This document shows positions 31,579 to 40,634 of a stretch of DNA of 64,000 bases, piece by piece. Numbering within the stretch: position 1 is the first letter of the stretch; each line of letters opens with the position of its first letter. Location of the stretch: contig OZ251223.1 of NCBI GenBank assembly GCA_965240325.2, forward strand, positions 1,178,001 through 1,242,000, in the 5' to 3' direction. A program made the position numbers and the translations under genes. The stretch is from Rebecca billardiae RCC1528. Taxonomy: Eukaryota; Protista; Haptophyta. The notes beneath the pieces were generated by a model, which did not search any database, was not told the origin of the DNA, and saw only the letters and a list, made by a program, of their open reading frames with translations.

Positions 31579-33819
31579 CGGCGGTGCGAGGACAATAATG
31601 GCGCGCGGCGATCATCACTCCGCCCCCTTGAGCCGCGTCACGATTGAGTATAGATGCGGTCCTCACTGTTACCGACAGTCCGTGCTGTGGCGTGTCTCGG
31701 TCAGTTCGGGCATCGCGGCCGGAGACTCCGAGCCCGAGGCGGAGACGGTCCGAGCCCATCAGGCAATAAGGCATCACCGAGCCCCAGGGGCAGGCCGCAG
31801 GGGCCGTGGAGCCGCCATCAAATATATGCCCCAATGATCGGCTACGCCGATCTTCGGGTAGTAAACAACGAAGTTGAGGGCGCACGGCCCTAGCTAGTTC
31901 CGCGCGTGGCTGCGTGCGCCAGCTGCGCGCACCCGCTGCGCCCGCGTTGAGCCCGTGCGAGCGCCGCGCCTCGAGCCTCACACGCAGCGGGCGCGGCTGG
32001 CGACACCGAGCCGCATGGCAGTGTCGCTCGTGCGCCTCGGCCCGTGATCAGTCTCAGCTCTGAGGCGCGCGCTCAGGAGGGCTGCGGCCGGGCCGAGCGC
32101 GATCTGCGCAGACGGTACAGCCCCGAGCCCGTGGCGGCTCATGGCAGCCCGAGCCCAATTCCCGCAAAGCCCGGCGCCTCCGCCATCCGCGTCACAGTCG
32201 GGGCGCTCCAGGCTCCACGGCCTCTTACTTACGCGTGCTGCGCTGGCAGCCGTGCTCGGCCGAACGACGCCCGCCGAGCCCGCCGAGCACGCGGCTGATG
32301 AGCAGTGGTAGCCAGGCGAAGCCGTCGTCGCGGGCGAAGCTGCGCTGGGTGATGCGGCTTGACGGCCCACAGGCGGCTCACCCGGCTCGTCAGCCGTCTG
32401 ACGCGTAGCGCGTCGACAAATGGCTGCTGACGGCGTAAAATCGGCCTGAGCGGCGGATGAAACGGCTGAAAGGCGAGACCACGACGCCACCCAACTGGCG
32501 CACGCGCGTGCGGCCGGCGGTGCGGCGCAGCTCGGTCACTGCCACCGCTCCCGCGGGCTGCTCACGCCGAGCGCTGTGTTGGCAGCTGCAAGCTGATCGT
32601 GCGCTCGCCGCTCCCAGACGAGATCGGTCGAGATCGTGGGAGCAGACGAGCGGACCATCGCGCAGCAAGATGCAGCGAGCACGCAGACACTCGCGCTGCC
32701 CTCTCCTCGTGCGCCTGCGCCAGCCACAGTCTCGAACACCAGCAGAACGGAGCTTGCACCGAAAAGGCTGCGCGACGCGGGCGCGCACGCGCGTGGACGC
32801 GGGTCGGCAGGGCGGGGCGCGCGGGGTGAGCGAGGCACGAATGCGATGCCGACGGCCGTTGGGACCCGCCGCAGCTGCGCGCACCTGCGCTGAGTCTGTC
32901 GGATTGAACGATCGTGCGGCAGCGGCCTGCGTGGGCGGTGGACACCCTCCGAGCTTGCTCCGAGCTGCCTCGGTTCAGCACTCTCAACTCCTCCGGCCTG
33001 CCACTGCCTGCCCGCGCGACCGGTACTCATCATCAAGGGAGATAAACAGCGGGGGCCTAGCGGCCTTTTCCCGGTGGGGCTGGTCGAACACAGCGCGTCT
33101 AGGACGCGACGGAGAAGCTTGCCAGGGCCGGCAGACCCGACGACGATGAGACGAGTTGGCCGTTCAGCGCTGACTAACGGTATCATCCAAGCTGCCGCGT
33201 CTTCGCGCGTCGCGTGTGCGATTTAGCCATTAGCCAGGTGCGGCAGCGTGGCTCTCCCAGTTCTGCAAGGCCCACCGAGGCGCCAGCGAGGCGCGCGTCG
33301 ATGCAGTCGATGCAGTCGTCGCTGCGCACGGCCGCTCGGGCACGGCGGCACGGCAACGGCACGCACCGATCACGCCGTGCGTGCGCGCGTCGGCCATCGA
33401 CGCGTGGTAGTCGTGCAGCAACTGCAGTCCGCACGTCGTGCGCGCTGCTGCCGCCGGACGCCCAGATGGCGCGCGACCGCGTCGGTCGCGGCGGCCTCGC
33501 GCGCCGCGCGCGGTTCGGCTCGACGCGCGGCGTGACCCTCGCGGCGCTCCGCGTTGCGCGCCTCGTCCACGCCGTTCAGCGTGCTCGCCAGCCGCGCTGC
33601 GCGAGGCACGCGTCGAGCGCTGCCGGCGTCTCGCAGTTTGGGTGCGAGGCCGCGGGCGCGCGCGCGCCGGGGGGCGTGGCCTCGTGCGGGTGCACGGCGA
33701 GGCGCGCCAGGTCCGTACCGTTACCGTATTGTATAGGCGGTATGAACTGGGTAAGAAGGGGGTACCGCTAAGATCGCCGCCAGATTTGTGGGAATCGCAA
33801 CGACATCTCTATGCGGCGC

Positions 33820-33917
33820 GCGCAAAAATTAACCACATGCGCTTCGATTCCCGAGGCGTGCCCTAATTGGCGCAAAAATTAACCAAGTGCGTTCTCGATT
33901 CCCGAGGCGTGCCTAAT
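33820..33917 (+). repeat. Two-copy tandem repeat of about 50 bp
   Basis: gcgcaaaaattaacca..tgcg....cgattcccgaggcgtgcc.taat occurs twice. Confidence 0.85.
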
Positions 33918-34076
33918 CAAAAAACGTTTGAGGCCCCATTCTTCGTATTCCTACTCCGGTATTACTTGGGACAGCAGTACGTCACACACAATTAAAGGGG
34001 GTCGGAGCTGGGTCTCCCAGGGCTTTCTCACGAATTAAAATTGTTTAAAGCTGTGTTCACCAGAATTATGATACTG

Positions 34077-34976
34077 CAATCTCGCCTGCCTGAGCTGTGT
34101 GCGTCTCTTATTAGTTATTCTTAGTAAAATGTTAACCAAGACAGTGTGCACGTTAATAATAGTAAACTGTACTTTACTTCGCGGGCCACCCGGCACCCAG
34201 TGCCCACTTGGGTATTTTGAGCGCCTTCCGGCTTTAAAAGATATTACCCGTGTATGAATCAAGGGTAATCAAGGGGCTTTTAACAAGGGGCTTAACGAGT
34301 TAACGGCCTTAACCTGATGATATCCGCCACTGAGAAGCGACGGTTCATGAATCATGACTTCAGATGCCGGCATAATAATTCTTTACTTCAAGCGACATAA
34401 AATCTGACTCAACCTCTCTTTTCTATGGTTGGCGAGCTGTTTCAGGCTCTTACAATTCAAGCATCTTACTATGACGGAATGTTCGAGCACACGGCTGGTG
34501 TTATATGCTATTCCACCCGGCATTCCCCTAAGTGTTACTATCGTTAAAATTAGCATCTACTACAAACGCAATCATTGGCAGCGAAATCCACTCATACGTA
34601 CGGTAAGGCCACCCACAAAAATCCCCAAAATCCTGCGCGCATCCTCTTTTTGATTTTGCGGAGCACGTGCGCCGCCCCCCCCCGGCTTTCGCTCACGCTC
34701 AGACCTTTCGGGGGGGGCCGTGCGCCATAATACTATGATGCTGATGACCAATTGCCTGCAGATGAGTGATGCCGCACGGGCACGGCTCCGCGGAGTGCCT
34801 GCTGCGAATGAGTGACCAGGGCGGACGGTACGACTGCGCCCGGTACTCGGTAGAAGCCTACGCCTCCACGCCAACGGGTCAGCGCTTCGAGTGGCCGAGC
34901 CGACCGGCTTATTGTTAGTACAGTTTACTAAGAATAAGAGACGCACACACTGACACAGCTCAGGCAGGCGAGATTG
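34077..34976. repeat. Inverted pair of a short dispersed repeat (34077-34169 on -, 34921-34976 on +); related end at 23011-23047
   Basis: ta|CAGTTTACTA...AAGAATAA...GAGACGCACACA..GCTCAGGCAGGCGAGATTG present on opposite strands. Confidence 0.7.
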
Positions 34977-35046
34977 ACGCCAGTAGAGTGGATCATCGTC
35001 ATCAGCTTCGTCTCACTCTTGCTTCCGCACAAGCCACCTGTCAACG

Positions 35047-37293
35047 ATGGCGGGCGATGCCGGCATCCGCATGCTCCGGCGCGCGGCGGGGCGGGGCGAC
35101 GCACGTGCGACCTTCCTGCTGGCGAGGCGCACCGAATCGGGTGACGGCGTCACGCAGGACGTCGCCGAGGCGCATCGCCTCTATGCCATTGCTGCGAACC
35201 GTGGTTTTGCGCAAGCGCAGCGACGGTTGGGCGAGATCGAGGCGGCCGTGCTGAATTGGGCAGAGGCTGCGCGCTGGTACCGGCTGGCGGCCGAGCAGGG
35301 CGATGCAGCTGCGCAGTACAGCCTGGGCTGGTGCTACGACCGAGGCGAGGGCGTGCCGCAGGACTTGACCGAGGCGGTGCGCTTGTACCGGCTGGCGGCA
35401 GAGCAGGGCGATGCAAATGGGCAGACCAGCCTGGGCGTGTGCTACGAAGAAGGCGAGGGCGTGCCGCAGGACATGGCCGAGGCGGTGCGCTTGTACCGGC
35501 TGGCGGCCGAGCAGGGCGATGCAAATGGGCAGTACAACCTGGGCGTGTGCTACCAACAAGGCGAGGGCGTGCCACAGGATATGGCCGAGGCGGTGTGCTG
35601 GTACCGGCTGGCGGCCGAGCAGGGCATTGCAGCTGCGCAGAACAGCCTGGGCGTGTGCTACCAAGAAGGCGAGGGCGTGCAGCAGGATATGGCCGAGGCG
35701 GTGCGCTGGTATCGGCTGGCGGCCGAGCAGGGCCATGCAGATGCGCAGAGCAACCTGGGCGAGCGCTACGAACGAGGCGAGGGCGTGCCGCAGGATATGG
35801 CCGAGGCGGTGCGCTGGTATCGGCTGGCGGCCGAGCAGGGCGATGCAGCTGCGCAGACCAACCTGGGCGTGTGCTACTATGATGGCAAGGGCGTGCCGCA
35901 AGATATGGCCGAGGCGGTGCGCTTGTACCGGCTGGCAGCCGAGCAGGGCGATGCAAATGGGCAGACCAGCCTGGGTGTGTGCTACGAACGAGGCGAGGGC
36001 GTGCCGCAGGACTGGGCCGAAGCGGTGCGCTTGTACCGGCTGGCGGCCGAGCAAGGCAATGCAGATGCGCAGACCATCCTGGGCGTGTGCTACTATGATG
36101 GCAAGGGCGTGCCGCAGGACTGGGCCGAAGCGGTGCGCTTGTACCGGCTGGCGGCCGAGCAAGGCAATGCAGATGCGCAGACCAACCTGGGCAGGAGCTA
36201 CGAACGAGGCAAGGGCGTGCCGCAGGACTGGGCCGAAGCGGTGCGCTTGTACCGGCTGGCGGCCGAGCAAGGCAATGCAGATGCGCAGACCAACCTGGGC
36301 TGGTGCTACGAACGAGGCGAGGTCGTGCAGCAGGATATGGCCGAGGCGGTGCGCTGGTACCGGCTGGCAGCCGAGCAGGGCTTTGCAAATGCGCAGGCTC
36401 GCCTGGGCATGTGCTACGGCCGAGGCGAGTGCGTGCCGCAGGACATGGCTGAGGCGGTGCGCTGGTACCGGCTGGCGGCAGAGCAGGGCGATGCGCTTTC
36501 GCAGACCAACCTGGGCGCGTGCTACTATAAAGGCGCGGGCGTGCGGCAGGATATGGCTGAGGCGGTGCGCTTGTACCGGCTGGCGGCCGAGCAGGGTAAT
36601 GCAGTTGCGCAGAACAACCTGGGCGCGTGCTACGAACGAGGTGAGTGCACGCCGCAGGATATGGCAGAGGCGGTGCGCTTGTACCGGCTGGCGGCCGAGC
36701 AGGGCGATGCAATTGGGCAGAACAGCCTGGGCATGTGCTACGAAGAAGGCGAGGGCGTGCCGCAGGACATGGCTGAGGCGGTGCGCTTGTACCGGCTGGC
36801 GGCCGAGCAGGGCGATGCAGATGCGCAGACCAACCTGGGCGTGTGCTACGAACACGGCAAGGGCGTGCCGCAGGATATGGCCGAAGCGGTGCGCTGGTAC
36901 CGGCTGGCCATCGACGGCGGCGCGCCAGAAGCCCACTTGGCATTGGCGCGCCTGCTGCTTGCAGGCGGGGCCGTGCAGCGCGACGTGGCGGAGGGAGTGC
37001 GGCTGCTGCGCCGCGGGCACGAGCTTGACGGCTCCGTGGTGGATCCGGGCAAGGTGCTCGGCGACTATGCCGGAGATCGCGAGGTGGCCGCTGCGTGCTG
37101 CATGGTGTGCGCCAAGTCGGGCCGTGGCGTGAAGAAGTGCGAGCGGTGCCTCGTGGCGGTCTTCTGCTGCCGCGAGCACCTGCGGAGCGTGTGGAAACTG
37201 CACAAGCCGCACTGCACGGAGTGGCGCACCGCGGCGGCGGGCAATGCTGCCAATCAGACTGAGGCTGCTGCCGACGATGACGACTGCTCATGA
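35047..37293 (+). CDS. Sel1-like repeat protein with MYND zinc finger, copy 3 (15 core repeats)
   Basis: 748-aa intronless ORF with nearly the same caps and MYND finger as copy 2 but 180 aa (5 units) longer. Confidence 0.93.
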   Translation: MAGDAGIRMLRRAAGRGDARATFLLARRTESGDGVTQDVAEAHRLYAIAANRGFAQAQRRLGEIEAAVLNWAEAARWYRLAAEQGDAAAQYSLGWCYDRGEGVPQDLTEAVRLYRLAAEQGDANGQTSLGVCYEEGEGVPQDMAEAVRLYRLAAEQGDANGQYNLGVCYQQGEGVPQDMAEAVCWYRLAAEQGIAAAQNSLGVCYQEGEGVQQDMAEAVRWYRLAAEQGHADAQSNLGERYERGEGVPQDMAEAVRWYRLAAEQGDAAAQTNLGVCYYDGKGVPQDMAEAVRLYRLAAEQGDANGQTSLGVCYERGEGVPQDWAEAVRLYRLAAEQGNADAQTILGVCYYDGKGVPQDWAEAVRLYRLAAEQGNADAQTNLGRSYERGKGVPQDWAEAVRLYRLAAEQGNADAQTNLGWCYERGEVVQQDMAEAVRWYRLAAEQGFANAQARLGMCYGRGECVPQDMAEAVRWYRLAAEQGDALSQTNLGACYYKGAGVRQDMAEAVRLYRLAAEQGNAVAQNNLGACYERGECTPQDMAEAVRLYRLAAEQGDAIGQNSLGMCYEEGEGVPQDMAEAVRLYRLAAEQGDADAQTNLGVCYEHGKGVPQDMAEAVRWYRLAIDGGAPEAHLALARLLLAGGAVQRDVAEGVRLLRRGHELDGSVVDPGKVLGDYAGDREVAAACCMVCAKSGRGVKKCERCLVAVFCCREHLRSVWKLHKPHCTEWRTAAAGNAANQTEAAADDDDCS
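35299..36918 (+). repeat. Coding tandem array, 15 x 108 bp (Sel1 units)
   Basis: 108-bp periodicity with a near-invariant scaffold. Confidence 0.95.
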
Positions 37294-38459
37294 TCTGTTT
37301 GATCTGCAAGCGTTTGCTGCTCATGGACAGACTCGGTCCTCCGGTCGGCGGGCGGCGGGCACGTCCCGGTGTCGCCTCTCGGGCAGGAGGAGGCGGCAGG
37401 ACGCAGTTTGAGGCACGCGCGAGTCTGGCGACCAGGGGTGGCTGGGCGCGGCCCGGTGCCCTGCTTGCACGGCAAGGTGCGCACCGCTGTCAAGCACCGG
37501 GGCAGTACAGCTAACGGCGTCGGAGACGCCGAAACGGAGGGCCAGCTGACCGGCTGACGACGCTGACAACGTCACCGGCTGATACGCGACGTGTCGTTGT
37601 CCGACGCGCGGCTTACGGCGGGTCATCAGCTGTGTGTCCCACACAGTTGTACAGGTGCCCGCGGTGGCGGGCCCGGTGTGGCGAGCCCCCGGGCGGGCCG
37701 GGGCGGGCTGCCGCCGGCTGGTAACGGCAGTGAATAGTGACGGTAATGACGGCATCCACTGATCCAGCGAGCCAGGGCAGCCGCCAGGCCGCGCTGACGA
37801 TGATCTGTGATCACGAACGGACCGCCGGACTTGCTTGTCGAACGGTCTCGGACACGAAGTCGAATGCCGGCGTCCGAGACCGCGCTGCCTCGTCTGTTGT
37901 CACGGGCTCAGTGGCCCGAGACCGAGCCTGGGCCGTGTGGCGAGGCCGTGCCCCCGGCTGACCGTGCATCCCACGGGCCAGTCAGCGGGGGGGCGCGCTG
38001 ACGATGAGGTGCGGTCGGGCTGAAGTGTGACCATAGTCAGTAGCCCTGTTATTTGCTGACCACGATTCTCATCAGCTCAGAGAGCTGACTGGCCGCGTGG
38101 TCCTCGACAGCAGGCAGGCAATGAATTACCAATCGCCACAAATCAGCCCGCCGCTCTCGCTCCCGGCGGCGCGCCGGGCAGCATGCCTGAAAACCTGGAC
38201 GAACTCCGGATCTGGCTGCCGAGGCTCGATCGCGCGCTACTCGCAGCCGCGGGCCCGGCGCCGCCGGCCCGGGCCGGCTCACCGCGGCTTCTGCTCGCCT
38301 CGGGGAGTAGTCGGCTGTCGGGCGTGATATCAGCGAGGCTCAGGCTAGTGCCATCATCGGCCATCGCGCGGCCGAATATTATGACGGCGTTCCGCGGTCC
38401 TTCCGTAGAACCAACGTAGTTAGGGGCCCGCGGTGCAACCTCCGTCGGCTGCTGTCGAT

Positions 38460-39110
38460 CAGTCTGACTGACATGGCGGGCCGAGGACTGTCGCCGCGGG
38501 CCGCGCGGCGGGAAGCGCGGCCGCCGGGGCGGCGCGCGCGCGCAGGGCGAGAGGCGCCGCGCGGCGCGGGCCGGCGCGTGCGGGCGTGCGGGCGCACCTG
38601 CTTGAGGTGCTCGCGCTGCGCCGTGCGCTCGACGACGGGCCGCTGGTCGCTCAGCCGGCGGCGCGCCTCGTGCCGGCAGAGCGAGAGCGCGCGCCACTCG
38701 GCCAGCGGGCACTGCTGCCCTGCGGCCTGCGCTGCGCAGCCGCGCACCGATCGCCAGAGGCGAGACCGAGCGGAGCTCGGAGTGGAACGAGGCGAGCGGC
38801 GCGTCGCGCCTGCCGCCGCGCGTGCGCGCCTGCTCCACCGCGCCGCGCCGTGCTCGCCCGCCGCCTCCTCGTCCGCCACGTCGGCCTCGATTCTCGAAGC
38901 CACGCAGCGGCGGCGGCCAGTTCGGCAGGCCGTGACAATCGGCAGCCCGTGGCCGTGCGTGCTCGCCGAGTTGCTGCTGCTGCACCTCCGGCGCGGTCGA
39001 CGACCGAGTTGAGGAGGAGCTCGCGCTCGGCTCCGAGGAGCGAGCTCGCGAGCTCGAGCTCGCCCTTCAGCCGCACTACTAGCTCCGGGCGCATCCGGCT
39101 CATCTTCGCT
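38460..39110 (-). pseudogene. Probable frameshifted gene remnant
   Basis: Coding-like peptides in different frames (MSRMRPELVVRLKGELELASSLLGAERELLLNS; CPLAEWRALSLCRHEARRRLSDQRPVVERTAQREHLKQ) followed by an intron-like gtgcgc GC-rich tract with no downstream exon. Confidence 0.3.
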
Positions 39111-40634
39111 GCGGCGTGCCGTCGCGGCGCGCTCCCGTCCTCATTCCTCAAGCGACGAGCTCGCGTAGTGCTCCGGACTCGGCTCGCCCTTCGCTCCTCC
39201 TCGAGCGACGAACGCGCCCGCGGGTAGGTTGTTGGGCGCGCGCCGACTCGGCGTGACTCGGCCACGCGGCCCGGCGAGACGACAGACCGGTGGGCGCGCT
39301 CGGTGAGAGCGGAGTGCGAGGGCCGGGCGAGACGGAGTAGACGCGGGGCCTGCGAGGCGACAGGCGCGCTCGGGGAGAGCAGAGTGCGAGGGCGAGAGGC
39401 AGCGGCCGGCCGGCCCCCGCCACCACCTCGCGCACCGCGGCGTACTGCGGCGGCACGCGCACGCACGCGGCACGGTCCCCGGTCCGAGTCAAGGGCTCCA
39501 GTTCCACGCGTCGCGGTCGCGCCGTCGCGTCACCGGCGCGAGTCGTCAAGGGCCTTGCCCCATAGTGCAATTTCGTCTGCGTGCTGTATATTCGTCACGA
39601 ATACCCTACGCTATGGGGGTACGGAGTGATCATCTTTTGTCTAATTGTCTGTCTAGCTAGTGGCTTCCGCGGGAACCATGCTGTCCATTTACGACCATGC
39701 ACGTTTGACAACCGTATCGTCCGAAGATTGAACGGGAACCCCCTTGGTAGAATACCCTGCCGCTACTGTAGGACCCCCGTGCACATGCACTTTTAAAAAA
39801 CACGTCCGGCCCTGGGTCCGGTTGGTCCCGGACCGTGGCGATCGACCAAGTTTTGTTCCGTATGAAGATTTACAACAAATCGCAGATTCGTTCACCCAGA
39901 TATACTGACAAATGCACGTCCACAGGCTCACGTCCGTCCGTAGATACGGAATTGGAGCGGGCGCGGCTATTTCGTCAGTCGCGTCTTGCTAATGCAGAGC
40001 AATGGGCCAATGTACCCCTCGAAAAAGCGAAAAAGCGAAAACTCACCCTCCAACAGCCCTCAAAATCGTCCCCCGTCCCCTTTCCTTTGATCAAAAGATC
40101 TTTTTGACAACGTAGTGAGGGCCCCCGGCGGGGCTGCACGCTACGCGCTCCGCCCTACACCGCGGGCCATAATAAAGCGTCACCGATCGAGCGGGCGAGC
40201 GGCGGCGGTCGTCGGCGGCAGACGTCGCTTTCGTCGAGTTCGCATATATATATGATCATCCTCGCGTCAATTCGTGTCTCACAGCGCATGCATTGACAGT
40301 GTCATCATCATCTGGTTTTCGTCGGCAGATATTCGATCCATCGGCATTGCCTGATGAGGCTGATCCGCAGGATGAGTGAGGAGACGGAGCCTGTGTCAGC
40401 CTGAAGACTCGCTCTCTCTCTCTCTCTTTCTCTCTCTATGTGACCGTACGGGCCAGCTGTCAGACGACGGCTGACAGCCAGCTGACGCGTGTCACGTGTT
40501 ACCTACCAGCCGGTCAGAGACTCAGAGTAGTAGCCTGCGAGTGGCGAGTGCGCACGGCCAGCTGACACAGTCAGTCACAGAGTACGCGCGAAGGTCAGAA
40601 TGTCGCGGGCGCCGAGCCCACGGTGCCCTCCTCC

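Noticed and set aside
35299-36918. Diversity-generating retroelement acting on the Sel1 units
   Set aside because: No reverse transcriptase or non-coding template repeat in the window; some variable codons also differ at the third base; selection plus recombination is sufficient.
35041-37324. Long antisense and alternate-frame ORFs (723, 724 and 573 aa) over copy 3, and similar ORFs over other genes
   Set aside because: Shadow frames kept open by repeats and extreme GC content; R/A/P-rich products with no motifs.
39560-40260. Possible RNA gene or element in a lower-GC stretch with GC hairpins
   Set aside because: No tRNA, rRNA or snRNA features, terminal repeats or second copy could be recognised.
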